In this document: positions 17,038 to 26,985 of the stretch, piece by piece
How the letters are laid out: each line of letters opens with the position of its first letter
How positions within the stretch are numbered: the first letter of the stretch is position 1
Virus record (IMG/VR): IMGVR_UViG_2698536576_000006
Location: 1 to 40,190 of that record
DNA from: a virus
Taxonomy: Duplodnaviria > Heunggongvirae > Uroviricota > Caudoviricetes
DNA length: 40,190 nt
Strand: one strand, 5' to 3'
The notes under the pieces: generated by a model
What the model was told of the DNA's origin: nothing
Seen by the model: the letters and a program-made list of their open reading frames with translations, nothing else
Databases searched by the model: none
Position numbers and translations under genes: made by a program

Positions 17038-17505
17038 ATGAGCAGAGTTACTGCGATTATCTCCCCTCTGGTTTTCTGCATCATTGTCTGCCTGTCATTG
17101 GCTGTTAATCATTATCGTAATAATGCCATTACCTACAAAGCGCAGCGCGACAAAAATGCCAGAGAACTGAAACTGGCGAACGTGACAATTACTGACATGC
17201 ATCAGCGCCAGCGTGATGCTGATGCACTCGATGCTAAATACACGAAGGAGTTAGCTGATGCGAAAGCTGAAAATGATGCTCTTCGGCGTAAGCTTGATAA
17301 TGGTGGACGGATGCTCGTCAAAGGCAGATGTCCAGTGCCAGCCACAACAAAAGGCTCCGGCACCGCCAGCATGGGCAATGATGCCACCGTCGAACTCTCT
17401 CCAGTTGCTGGACGAAACGTTCTCGGTATCCGGGATGGAATCATCAGCGACCAAGCAGCCTTGAGAACGCTACAGGAGTACATCAGGACGCAATGTCTGA
17501 ATTAA
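17038..17505 (+). CDS. Rz: Spanin inner-membrane subunit Rz (i-spanin)
   Basis: N-terminal ~85 residues nearly match lambda Rz as recalled (MSRVTAIIS...[26 protein letters not shown]...[19 protein letters not shown]). Confidence 0.9.
   Translation: MSRVTAIISPLVFCIIVCLSLAVNHYRNNAITYKAQRDKNARELKLANVTITDMHQRQRDADALDAKYTKELADAKAENDALRRKLDNGGRMLVKGRCPVPATTKGSGTASMGNDATVELSPVAGRNVLGIRDGIISDQAALRTLQEYIRTQCLN
17258..17464 (+). CDS. Rz1: Spanin outer-membrane lipoprotein Rz1 (o-spanin), embedded in Rz in the +1 frame
   Basis: ORF fully inside Rz in another frame; N-terminal signal with Cys (LIMVDGC) and Pro-rich mature part ([11 protein letters not shown]), as in lambda Rz1. Confidence 0.7.
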   Translation: MRKLKMMLFGVSLIMVDGCSSKADVQCQPQQKAPAPPAWAMMPPSNSLQLLDETFSVSGMESSATKQP

Positions 17506-17568
17506 CAGAGCCAGCTTAATTGCTGGCTGTTTGTGTGAGGATGGGATTGTGTGAATGTTCAGGTATTA

Positions 17569-18159
17569 TTATATGAATTGCTGGATAAAATCGTTCGGTT
17601 TTGTATATCCGTCAAGAACTAGATCGTGATTCTCCCGATGAAGAACCAGTGTATCCATATAATCAGGTTTAAATCTCCAGCCGTTCATCTTTTTTGCAAT
17701 TTTCGACAGACAGTGGTTATGCGTGAAAATTACAGTAATATTATCAGATTGTGATATTCCCAGTATGTTGTTAACTGCGCCATCATCACAGGTTGAAATA
17801 TCAGGAATGGTTGCTGTTTTCCCACCCGAAAAAAAAGAGGCTGTCTGTATCGTTCGGACTGTATCTGTTGAATAGAGACCGTAGTCCGGAAACATTTTGC
17901 TGAATGCATTTCCATATTGTTGAGCTTTGTTGGCTCCATTTATTGTGATTCCATCACGTTCCGACAGGCATGTATTTGTGGAGCGATCACATCGTTCTCC
18001 ATGTCTGATGAGAAAAATAATCTGATGCTTCTGGTTAATTTCAGTGATGTCATTCATATCAAGCCTGGCCGGAGTTCTTTTTATATATATGCTTGACAAG
18101 CAAACGAATATAACGAGTAAAGATATAATCAGAAATTTTATTATTGTGCGGCTGGGCAT
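17569..18159 (-). CDS. Ais/PmrG-like histidine-phosphatase (LPS core heptose(II)-phosphate phosphatase homolog), prophage moron
   Basis: Signal/TM N-terminus followed by RHGERCDRSTNTCLS...GITINGA...NAFS...LYSTDTVRTIQTA...IFTHNHCL, closely paralleling E. coli Ais as recalled. AT-rich, opposite strand. Start set at ATG 18159 (AAGGA RBS). Confidence 0.75.
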   Translation of the reverse strand: MPSRTIIKFLIISLLVIFVCLSSIYIKRTPARLDMNDITEINQKHQIIFLIRHGERCDRSTNTCLSERDGITINGANKAQQYGNAFSKMFPDYGLYSTDTVRTIQTASFFSGGKTATIPDISTCDDGAVNNILGISQSDNITVIFTHNHCLSKIAKKMNGWRFKPDYMDTLVLHRENHDLVLDGYTKPNDFIQQFI

Positions 18160-18247
18160 ATAAATATCCTTATACAGGTGTGTGAAAAAGGACATTATTA
18201 TTTGTAAATCTTATGTGATCCTTAAGGGGGGCTGACGTGGCGAAATG

Positions 18248-18280
18248 GGCACTGGTAGCGGTACCGGTGCCTTTTTTATT
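18248..18280 (+). terminator. Strong hairpin plus T-run
   Basis: ggcactggtag-cg-gtaccggtgcc (about 10-bp stem) followed by TTTTTT. Confidence 0.45.
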
Positions 18281-18551
18281 GATGGGATGCATTAGCTTGG
18301 ATAAGGTGCTCCAGCTTTTCGATACAGCTTCTCAGGTCTGTGAAATTGTCGACGGTGTTCGGCAGTGTCTGCAGAACTGATTGCCTGTAAGAGCAGAATA
18401 TTTTGCTGAAAAATGAAGGATACATCAGCGTCAGGAAAGCATGAAATTCTGTGTTTGTGGCTACTCAATAAAATAAATTCTTTCTGTCTCCGCGAATACT
18501 CAAATGTTGATCAGTGCCCGGTGCGGAGACGGGCTTCGATATCAGGAGGCG

Positions 18552-18851
18552 ATGATGGAAAAAACAGAAAACAAACTGATTGTAATTGGTGCTGATGCTG
18601 CTCCGTTTAAGTTTGAGTCGTCTCAACTGGTGGAGATGCGCATCAGTGATGAATGGGGTGAGGTTAAAGCCCGCGCGCAGTGTGCGGATGGCGAAAACCA
18701 GTAGTTGATCCACTACAAAGCAGCTGATGGTCGCGCCACGACGGAGTGGTTTGGTGAGTCAATGCTGGAAGCAACAGAAGATGATCGTCATCCTGGTTGT
18801 CCGGTATTTGCCTGTATGAAATTACCGGAAGGCGCAGTTGTTACTGAGTAA
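18552..18851 (+). pseudogene. Small phage ORF interrupted by an in-frame amber (TAG) codon
   Basis: AGGAGG RBS, ATG 18552, 50 sense codons, TAG at 18702-18704, then 48 further in-frame sense codons to TAA 18849-18851 (verified codon by codon). Nonsense pseudogene or readthrough candidate. Confidence 0.4.
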
Positions 18852-19106
18852 CAGGCATTACAGCAGCCCTTCAGTGTGAGGGGCTGCGATAATGCAGGTG
18901 TTAGAGTGTGTGCAAATGATAATTGCTCCCATTTTCACGGGTCCTTCCTGGGAATTTGGAATACCGAGGGGATACGGATGCGCAGAAATCGCCAAATTTT
19001 TGCATTTTCATCGTTCATCACCACCACTGTAATTTGTTGATAATGAAAGGTTAAAAAATAGCTGGTGTCGAAAATGCTTATTTTTTGTTCATCACTGGAG
19101 GGGTAA

Positions 19107-19607
19107 GTGGATAAGGAATTGAAACACCTTGTTCTTAATGTCAGCCAGTTAGCTGCGCTGTCGGGTGTGCACCGACAGACTGTCGCATCAAGAATCAAAA
19201 ATATCCGAACAGCGGGTGGGCATGAGAGTAACCTCAAGCTGTATAAACTTACTGATATTCTGGCAGAATTAATGAAGTTGCCACCGCCTGTCGCTGAAGG
19301 AGAAATGGATCCCCATGACCGAAAAGCCTGGTATCAGTCAGAACGTGAGCGCCTGAAATTCGAACAGGAGGTCGGAGAACTGATCCCTGCGTCTGATGTC
19401 GCCCGTGAATTTGCTGAAATGGCAAAGGCTATGGTGCAGGTTCTGGAAACCCTCCCCGATATTCTTGAACGCGATTGCGCTCTTGAGCCTTCGGCTGTCA
19501 TGCGGGTGCAAAGCATTATTGATGATCTGCGTGACGAAATTGCGCGGCGGGTGGCAGATGACAGCAAACAGGAAGATACAGAGGAGGAAAATCAGGAGGA
19601 CGAATAA
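19107..19607 (+). CDS. Terminase small subunit
   Basis: 166 aa with N-terminal HTH-like segment (LNVSQLAALSGVHRQTVASRIKN) and acidic C-terminus. GTG start after GGAGG; stop overlaps the large-subunit ATG (TAATG). Confidence 0.7.
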   Translation: MDKELKHLVLNVSQLAALSGVHRQTVASRIKNIRTAGGHESNLKLYKLTDILAELMKLPPPVAEGEMDPHDRKAWYQSERERLKFEQEVGELIPASDVAREFAEMAKAMVQVLETLPDILERDCALEPSAVMRVQSIIDDLRDEIARRVADDSKQEDTEEENQEDE

Positions 19608-21724
19608 TGCCTGTGCAGGCGACCGCCAGATCGTTGAAACTGGATACGGGCCAGTTAATTAAAGCGCCGCGCAGAATGCCTGTTGCCGAAGCGGTACAAA
19701 AATTTATGCGAGTCCCTACATCTGGTGGCAACTCTGTTCCGTGGGATCCGATGGTTGCACCGTATGTGATTGACCCCATGAACTGCCTGTCGTCCCGTGA
19801 GTTTGATGCGGTTGTTTTTGTTGGTCCTGCCCGTACGGGCAAGACTAACGGCCTGATTGATGGCTGGGTGGTTTATAACATTGTCTGCGATCCGTCTGAC
19901 TTTTTGCTGGTGCAGATGACACAGGATAAGGCGCAGGAGCACTCCAAAAAGCGCCTGGCAAGAACATTTCGTTGCAGCCCGGAGGTCAGAAAACGCCTCA
20001 GCCCACGCCGTAACGATAACAACGTTCATGACAAATATTTTCTGTCGGGCAGCTTTCTGAAAATCGGCTGGCCTTCCATCAATGTCATGTCATCCTCTGA
20101 TTTTAAATGTGTGGCGCTGACTGATTACGACCGATTTCCTGAAGATATCGATGGCGAAGGCGATGGTTTTTCCTTGGCTTCAAAACGTACCACCACATTT
20201 ATGTCTGCAGGTATGACGCTGGTGGAGAGTTCCCCTGGACGTGAGATCACAAACAGCAAATGGCGCAGAACGTCACCGCATGAAGCCCCGCCCACAACGG
20301 GGATCCTTTCTCTGTATAACCGTGGCGATCGTCGTCGCTGGTACTGGCCCTGCCCGGATTGTGGTGATTATTTCCAGCCATCGATGGAGGCTATGACGGG
20401 ATATCGTGACAATCCTGATCCTGTAAAAGCCAGTGAAGCGGCTCATATATTGTGTCCGCATTGTGGCAGCCCAATCACTGCAGATATGAAACGTGAGCTG
20501 AATGGTCGCGGTGTCTGGTTGCGTGAAGGAGAGCATATTGACAGAGAAGGGAATGTTACCGGAACGCCCCGTCATTCAAGGATTGCCAGCTTCTGGATGG
20601 AAGGCCCCGCGGCAGCCTATCAGACCTGGGCGCAACTGGTTTACAAACTACTGACTGCTGAGCAGGAATATGAAGCCACAGGCAGTGAGGAAACACTGAA
20701 GGCGGTGATTAACACCGACTGGGGATTACCTTATTTGCCTCGTTCCGCCATGGAGTTGCGCAGTGCAGATGTTCTGATGCAGCGGGCCGGGAATTACGGT
20801 AAGCGCCTGGTACCGCCGAAAGTGCGTTTTCTTATTGCGGCTGTGGACGTGCAGGGCGGGAAGAACCGACGGTTTGTGGTGCAGATTATTGGTTATGGCG
20901 AGGACGGCGAACGCTGGCTGGTGGACCGTTATAACATCCGACAGTCATTGCGCTGTGATGAAAATGGCGAAGCATTACCTGTGCATCCCGGGGCTTACCC
21001 TGAAGACTGGCAATTACTGGTCACCGATGTACTGGAGAAAACGTATCCGCTCCAGTCCGATCCGGCCCGCAGAATGCCTGTACTGGCAATGGCGGTGGAC
21101 AGTGGTGGTGAGGACGGGGTGACGGATAACGCCTATAAATTCTGGCGAAAATGTCGTCAGGATGGACTGGGGCGACGGGTTTTTCTGGTAAAGGGAGACA
21201 GCACGAAACGCCAGAAAATTATCACCATCACGCACCCGGATAATACCGGGCGAAGCGATCGTCGTGCTGATGCTCAGGGGAAGGTGCCGGTATATCTCCT
21301 GCAGACAGACCTGCTGAAAGATCAACTAAGCAATAACCTGCAACGTGAAATGCCCGGACCAGGCTACATTCATTTTCCTGACTGGCTCGGGGAGTGGTTT
21401 TATGAAGAGTTGACCTACGAGGAACGCGGTGCTGACGGGAAATGGCGCAAGCCGGGAAAAGGGAATAACGAAGCATTTGACCTTTTTTGTTATGCCCATG
21501 CCGTCGCCATTCTGCGTGGCTATGAAAAAATCCGTGACTGGAGCAACCCTCCCCAGTGGGCAAGAGGGCAGGATGCTGATGCGGGTGCTTCGGCAGACAG
21601 ACGTTCTTCCGGCGCAGAGGACAAGAAAAACGTTGCCGGAAGAGATGAGCGGCAAAAAGCAGCGTCGCCGGAAGCGTTATCCGGAAACTGGTTATCACTA
21701 CCCCGAAACGGAGGATGGTTGTGA
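19607..21724 (+). CDS. Terminase large subunit (lambda GpA family)
   Basis: 705 aa; Walker A-like VFVGPARTGKT near the N-terminus; size and downstream nuclease-type region typical of GpA-family terminases. Confidence 0.9.
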   Translation: MPVQATARSLKLDTGQLIKAPRRMPVAEAVQKFMRVPTSGGNSVPWDPMVAPYVIDPMNCLSSREFDAVVFVGPARTGKTNGLIDGWVVYNIVCDPSDFLLVQMTQDKAQEHSKKRLARTFRCSPEVRKRLSPRRNDNNVHDKYFLSGSFLKIGWPSINVMSSSDFKCVALTDYDRFPEDIDGEGDGFSLASKRTTTFMSAGMTLVESSPGREITNSKWRRTSPHEAPPTTGILSLYNRGDRRRWYWPCPDCGDYFQPSMEAMTGYRDNPDPVKASEAAHILCPHCGSPITADMKRELNGRGVWLREGEHIDREGNVTGTPRHSRIASFWMEGPAAAYQTWAQLVYKLLTAEQEYEATGSEETLKAVINTDWGLPYLPRSAMELRSADVLMQRAGNYGKRLVPPKVRFLIAAVDVQGGKNRRFVVQIIGYGEDGERWLVDRYNIRQSLRCDENGEALPVHPGAYPEDWQLLVTDVLEKTYPLQSDPARRMPVLAMAVDSGGEDGVTDNAYKFWRKCRQDGLGRRVFLVKGDSTKRQKIITITHPDNTGRSDRRADAQGKVPVYLLQTDLLKDQLSNNLQREMPGPGYIHFPDWLGEWFYEELTYEERGADGKWRKPGKGNNEAFDLFCYAHAVAILRGYEKIRDWSNPPQWARGQDADAGASADRRSSGAEDKKNVAGRDERQKAASPEALSGNWLSLPRNGGWL

Positions 21725-21939
21725 AAAAAGATGAGATTTTCCAGATGCTGGTTATCGTGCGTCAGGCATACAGGGATTCCCTGGATGGTAAAAGTGTGTC
21801 TTTTACCGGGGTGAATGGCAGGGCGATCACCAACCATGATCCTGTTGCATTGCGCAGGGAGCTTGAATACTGGGAAAAACGCTGGGCGGCAGCCTGCCAG
21901 CCCACAAGGAAACCGTACAAACTCGCCCGTTTCTCCTGA
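21715..21939 (+). CDS. Head-tail joining protein (lambda gpW-like)
   Basis: About 70 aa, between terminase and portal as in lambda; pattern resembles gpW. Start may be GTG 21721. Confidence 0.6.
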   Translation: MVVKKDEIFQMLVIVRQAYRDSLDGKSVSFTGVNGRAITNHDPVALRRELEYWEKRWAAACQPTRKPYKLARFS

Positions 21940-21947
21940 GGTTTTTT

Positions 21948-23459
21948 ATGGGTTTTTTTGATAAAGCACTTGGCGCAATTGCGCCAGGGTGGGCGGTATC
22001 GCGCGCCAGAAACAAAACGCTGCTGAGAGCTTATGAGGCGGCGCAGCCTTCACGCCTGAATAAAGCCCGGCGCGAGAGTCGTTCTGCCGATACAGCGGTT
22101 TTTTCTGCCGGCACCTCGTTAAGGGAACAGGCCAGAGCACTGGATGAAGATCACGATATCGTGATTGGTCTGCTGGATAAGCTGGAAGAGCGGGTTATTG
22201 GTGCGCAGGGGATCCAGATTGAACCACAACCACTGAGAAGCGATGGCACCCTGCATGAATCGCTGGCAGAGCAGATCTCGGCATTGTGGTCTGAATGGTC
22301 TGTTCGCCCTGAGGTCACGGGGATGTTCACCCGCCCGGAGGCTGAACGGATGGCGTTGCGATCTGCTTTGCGCGATGGTGAGATGTTCGTACAACTGGTG
22401 CGTGGTCCTGTCGCCGGTCTGAATCATTCCACTATGGTGCCATTATCACTGGAGCTTCTCGAAGCAGATTTTGTTCCGGTCAGTCTGAACACGAACGCGG
22501 GGCAGCAAGTCCGTCAGGGCATTATTCTTAACAACTGGGGACGACCCGTAGGGTATCGGGTTTATAAATACCACCCTGCAAATATGCGCGGATTCAGCGC
22601 CGATCTCAAAACTGTTGAGGCAGACAGCATGTTGCATCTGGCGATGCGGAAGCGCCTGCATCAGGTGAGAGGTGTCAGTCTGTTACATGGCGTGATTCGC
22701 CGGATTGCTGATCTGAAAGATTACGAAGAATCAGAGCGTGTGGCTGCCCGTATTGCTGCCGCGCTTGGCTTCTACATTAAACGCGGTGATGCGGCCAGCT
22801 TTCCGACGGATAACGACTGGACACCTCCAGAACAAAAAAACCGGTATTTTGATATTTCGCCGGGCATGATTTTTGACGAACTGGCCCCCGGTGAAGATCT
22901 GGGAATGGTGGAGTCTAACCGCCCGAACGTTCATCTTTATGAATTCCGTAACGGTCAGTTGCGTGCTGTGGCTGCCGGAACCCGCGGCAGCTATTCCAGT
23001 ATTGCCCGTGACTATAACGGCTCCTACAGTTCGCAGCGCCAGGAACTGGTGGAAGGTTACGAAGGCTACGGGGTTTTACAGCAGTGGTTTGTCGGTCAGT
23101 ACAGCCGCCCGGTGTACCGGGCATGGCTGGAGCAGGCAAAGCCTTTTCTTGATATTCCTCCTGATGTTGATATGTCCACGCTTTTCAATGCCACTTATCT
23201 TGGTCCGGTGATGCCGTGGATTGATCCGGTGAAGGAGGCTGCAGCATGGCGGGCCATTCTTCGCGGTGGTGCCGGGACGGAGGCCGAGTGGATACGTGCC
23301 CGAGGGCAGTCACCGCAGGAGGTCAAACGTCAGCGACTGCGTGAAACTGAATTTAACCGGGAAAACGGGCTGGTGTTCGATTCTGACGCCGCTAACGATA
23401 AAGGAGTGATCCCTGATGCAGCAAATGATAAACCCGCGTCTTCGCGGGACGATGATTAA
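21948..23459 (+). CDS. Portal protein
   Basis: 503-aa ORF directly after terminase and gpW, before the protease-capsid gene. Assignment mainly by size and synteny. Confidence 0.8.
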   Translation: MGFFDKALGAIAPGWAVSRARNKTLLRAYEAAQPSRLNKARRESRSADTAVFSAGTSLREQARALDEDHDIVIGLLDKLEERVIGAQGIQIEPQPLRSDGTLHESLAEQISALWSEWSVRPEVTGMFTRPEAERMALRSALRDGEMFVQLVRGPVAGLNHSTMVPLSLELLEADFVPVSLNTNAGQQVRQGIILNNWGRPVGYRVYKYHPANMRGFSADLKTVEADSMLHLAMRKRLHQVRGVSLLHGVIRRIADLKDYEESERVAARIAAALGFYIKRGDAASFPTDNDWTPPEQKNRYFDISPGMIFDELAPGEDLGMVESNRPNVHLYEFRNGQLRAVAAGTRGSYSSIARDYNGSYSSQRQELVEGYEGYGVLQQWFVGQYSRPVYRAWLEQAKPFLDIPPDVDMSTLFNATYLGPVMPWIDPVKEAAAWRAILRGGAGTEAEWIRARGQSPQEVKRQRLRETEFNRENGLVFDSDAANDKGVIPDAANDKPASSRDDD

Positions 23460-25506
23460 TCCCCGCGCCAGCCTTGCGGGGGTGGATGCCGCTAATGGTC
23501 AGTGCTGGTATGAAATCCGTGCACAGACTGTCGGGCGGGTGGAAATTTACCTCTATGACGTGATTGGCGGATGGGGCATCACTGCGCAGCAGTTTATTGC
23601 TGACTGTAAGGATGCGGGGGTGTTTGAGGCCAGCGCCATTGATCTGCATATCCACAGCCCGGGCGGTGATGTGATGCAGGGCTTTGCCATCTTTAACACG
23701 CTGTCACGCCTGAAAGCGAAGGTGGATATCTGGGTGGACGGTGTTGCTGCCAGCATGGCCTCCATGATTGTCTGCCTGCCTGGCGCCACAGTGCATATGC
23801 CTGAAAATTCCTGGCTGATGATCCACAAGCCGTGGGGCGGGATCGCCGGTGATTCTGATGATATGCGTGATTATGCCGACTGGCTGGATCGCAATGAGGC
23901 GCTGATGCTGTCAGCCTACATGAATAAAACCGGACTCGGGCAGGAGGAGCTGGAAGCCATGCTGAAAGCAGAAACCTGGCTGAACGGTGCTGAAGCCGTG
24001 GAAAAAGGCTTCGCTGATACGCTTGAACCTGAATTACAGGCTGTGGCCTGTGTGAACCAAAATAAACTGAAGGATTATCATAATATGCCAGAACAGCTTA
24101 ACGCGCTTTTTGCTCCGCGTGCGGAAACGACGAACGGACAGCCGCAGGAGCCGAAAGCAACCCCGCAAAATGCGCAACAGATTGCTGCTCAGCAGGCACC
24201 ATCAACCGGAAATGTGGATATCAGCGCAATTGCTTCGCAGGTTCAGCAACAACTGATGGCAGCCAATGCGGAACGTGTGCAGGCTGTAACCGCAGTTTTT
24301 GCCTCTTTCCCGTCTTATGCCGCACTGAAAGCGGAGTGTCTGAACGACATGACCTGTACGGAAGCACAGGCCCGTGAAAAACTGTTGCAGGCGCTGGCAG
24401 CCGGAACGACACCAAGTGCAGGCCCGGGCGCTGTTCATATTCATGCCGGGAACGGTAATCTGGTCGGCGATTCCATTCGTGCGGCTGTGATGGCACGCGC
24501 CGGATATGCCGAAGCAGAAAAAGATAATGCTTATAACGGTTTTACACTGCGCGAGCTGGCGCGTGCTTCGCTGGTTGATCGCGGTATCGGTATCTCCGGT
24601 CATTCCGCACCGATGGCGATGGTTGGGCTGGCATTTACTCACAGCAGCAGCGATTTCGGCAATATCCTGATGGATGTGGCTCATAAAGCTGCGTTGCAGG
24701 GCTGGGATGATGCCAGCGAAAATTTTGACAAATGGACCCGCAAGGGAACGCTGACTGATTTTAAAACCGCGCATCGTGTCGGGCTGGAAACTTTCCCGAC
24801 GCTACGAAAAGTATTGCCGGGGGCTGAATATAAATATGTGACCCTGAAAGATCGTGGCGAACCGATTGCACTGGCGACGTATGGCGAATTGTTCAGCATT
24901 GATCGCCAGACCATCATCAATGATGACCTGGATATGCTGACCCGTATTCCGATGGCAATGGGGGCTGCTGCGCGGACTACCGTGGGTGATCTGGTCTGGG
25001 CCGTGCTGACCAGCAATCCGAAAATGTCGGATGGCAAACCGCTGTTCCATGCAGATCATGGCAACCTGGTGACTGCAGATTTGTCTATTGAGGGGCTGGA
25101 TTCCGGGCGTAAAGCTATGCTGCTCCAGAAATCGGGTGACCGTCGCCTGAACATTCGTCCTGCTTTTATGTTGACGCCTGTTGCCATTGAGTCGCGTGCC
25201 AATCAGTTGATTAAGTCTGCCAGCGTGCCCGGTGCAGATGCGAACAGCGGCATTATTAACCCGATTCAGAATTTTGCCACGGTTCTGTCAGAGGCCCGTC
25301 TTGATGACAGCAGCCCGACGGATTATTACCTGGTGGCAGCGCAGGGGCGTGACACGATTGAAGTGGCTTACCTCGACGGTATTGATATGCCGTATCTGGA
25401 GCAGCAACAGGGCTTTACGGTTGATGGTGCAGCATTCAAGGTGCGCATTGATGCCGGAGTGGCACCGCTTGACTGGCGTGGCATGGTCAAAGTGAAAAAA
25501 CAGTAA
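23416..25506 (+). CDS. Prohead protease (ClpP/S14-like) - scaffold linker - major capsid protein fusion
   Basis: 696 aa. N-terminal protease region with ClpP-like catalytic-serine context (VDGVAASMASMIV), central Gln/Ala/Pro-rich linker, C-terminal ~330 aa capsid-like region. Confidence 0.8.
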   Translation: MQQMINPRLRGTMINPRASLAGVDAANGQCWYEIRAQTVGRVEIYLYDVIGGWGITAQQFIADCKDAGVFEASAIDLHIHSPGGDVMQGFAIFNTLSRLKAKVDIWVDGVAASMASMIVCLPGATVHMPENSWLMIHKPWGGIAGDSDDMRDYADWLDRNEALMLSAYMNKTGLGQEELEAMLKAETWLNGAEAVEKGFADTLEPELQAVACVNQNKLKDYHNMPEQLNALFAPRAETTNGQPQEPKATPQNAQQIAAQQAPSTGNVDISAIASQVQQQLMAANAERVQAVTAVFASFPSYAALKAECLNDMTCTEAQAREKLLQALAAGTTPSAGPGAVHIHAGNGNLVGDSIRAAVMARAGYAEAEKDNAYNGFTLRELARASLVDRGIGISGHSAPMAMVGLAFTHSSSDFGNILMDVAHKAALQGWDDASENFDKWTRKGTLTDFKTAHRVGLETFPTLRKVLPGAEYKYVTLKDRGEPIALATYGELFSIDRQTIINDDLDMLTRIPMAMGAAARTTVGDLVWAVLTSNPKMSDGKPLFHADHGNLVTADLSIEGLDSGRKAMLLQKSGDRRLNIRPAFMLTPVAIESRANQLIKSASVPGADANSGIINPIQNFATVLSEARLDDSSPTDYYLVAAQGRDTIEVAYLDGIDMPYLEQQQGFTVDGAAFKVRIDAGVAPLDWRGMVKVKKQ

Positions 25507-25578
25507 ATAACCGCCGGACAGGGCGGTTTTTTTATGGCTGAAGCGGCGTACCAGGCGCCGCATTTACCGGAGAAGAAA

Positions 25579-25908
25579 ATGTCAAAAAATTTTGTTCAGG
25601 ACGGAAAAAACGTCGACTGGCTGAATGGGACCGGAAAGGTGGTGTCATCTGGCTATCTGGTTGTTCAGGATAATCTTGTTGGTGTTGCTCATGCTGATAT
25701 TCCGGACGGGGATGTGGGCATTCTGCATACGGTGGGGGTTTTTTCTTTGCCTAAAGAGGCAGAGGCACTGACGCAAGGCAAGCTGGTGTATTTCAAAGCA
25801 GATACGGCAACACTGACGGCAACGAAATCAGGTAATACGCTGGTGGGAACAGTATGGGCATCGGCTGAAGCCGGAGATGCCTGTGTTTGTGTGCGTCTGG
25901 GGTACTGA
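25579..25908 (+). CDS. Putative head-associated (decoration-like) protein
   Basis: 109 aa from ATG 25579 (GGAGAAG RBS), immediately downstream of the capsid gene. Function by position only. Confidence 0.4.
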   Translation: MSKNFVQDGKNVDWLNGTGKVVSSGYLVVQDNLVGVAHADIPDGDVGILHTVGVFSLPKEAEALTQGKLVYFKADTATLTATKSGNTLVGTVWASAEAGDACVCVRLGY

Positions 25909-26264
25909 TGCATCGATTTTATAAACGGCTGATGCGGGCAGATGCCCGCATTTCCCGGCTTTTTTCCGAGGAGTGTCCGGCGATACTGTCTATTGGCAGC
26001 GAGCGTCGCCCTGTTATGGTGATTTTTGAATCTCCGGATGCGCCGGTTCGTGTCCCGGGTGGTGGAGAAATTAACGATCAGGCTCCGGCATTCAGCGCAC
26101 TGACAGAGGATATTAAGGGGCTCAGCACAAACTGTGCAGTGGAGCTGAACCACGAATTTTACCGCGTCACGCATATTGGTGCGGATGAAATGGGGCGCAC
26201 ACGCGTAACGCTCGGGCGAGGACGGGGGACGTCGTTACCGTCCATCGAATGGAGTAAAAAATAA
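25908..26264 (+). CDS. Putative head completion / head-tail adaptor protein
   Basis: 119 aa; TGATG coupled start; position between head and tail modules. Confidence 0.4.
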   Translation: MHRFYKRLMRADARISRLFSEECPAILSIGSERRPVMVIFESPDAPVRVPGGGEINDQAPAFSALTEDIKGLSTNCAVELNHEFYRVTHIGADEMGRTRVTLGRGRGTSLPSIEWSKK

Positions 26265-26285
26265 ACTTCATAAGGAGATATCGCA

Positions 26286-26969
26286 ATGGCGCGGGCATCA
26301 CGCATCCGGAGAAATCTGTTATTTGATATCGACGTCGAAGAATTGTGGGATATTGCGGCGCAGGCTGGCGCAACGCAGCACCAGTTTCGTCTGGCCTATT
26401 CCCGCGCACTGAAGCGAACGGCATCAAAAATGCGCATGAAGGCGCTTGCGGAACTGAAAACCGGTCTGGCGCCCCGCAAAATGGACATGCTGCGCAGGCG
26501 TCTTTTTTCCACTCGCATTACCCGGGGTAATGCAATGGATGAAGCCCGTTTCTGGTTTGGTCTTAATGCGATCAAGATAAAGGATCTACGCGGACGCATT
26601 CGTGGACGACGTGTTCGTCATCATGATCTCCGTGATCCGGTAACCGGGCGGTTTATCAAAGAGAACCGTGCCCGACGGCGTCGCCGCAAAGCCAGCGATC
26701 CCGTTTTTGAGCCCAACGGTTCGTTTTTATCTCCTGCCACGTATGAAAACGGGCTGGTGATACGCAGCCGTAAAGAGAACCGACGAACGATCATCATCAA
26801 AAATCCGGAGACGGGGCGCGTCCGTGAAGCCGAGGCCAACATTTACGCCCGCACGATGGATTACGTGGAGGATGTGGCTTTTGCGGAGTGCCTGGAGATT
26901 TTTATGAAAGAGTTCGAATCAGACATCCGGCGACGCGCGAAGTACGGCATTACCGTGACCCCCCGATAA
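26286..26969 (+). CDS. Hypothetical virion morphogenesis protein (Arg-rich)
   Basis: 227 aa, strongly basic, within the structural cluster. No motif recognised. Confidence 0.4.
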   Translation: MARASRIRRNLLFDIDVEELWDIAAQAGATQHQFRLAYSRALKRTASKMRMKALAELKTGLAPRKMDMLRRRLFSTRITRGNAMDEARFWFGLNAIKIKDLRGRIRGRRVRHHDLRDPVTGRFIKENRARRRRRKASDPVFEPNGSFLSPATYENGLVIRSRKENRRTIIIKNPETGRVREAEANIYARTMDYVEDVAFAECLEIFMKEFESDIRRRAKYGITVTPR

Positions 26970-26985
26970 AAAACGTGAGGATGTA

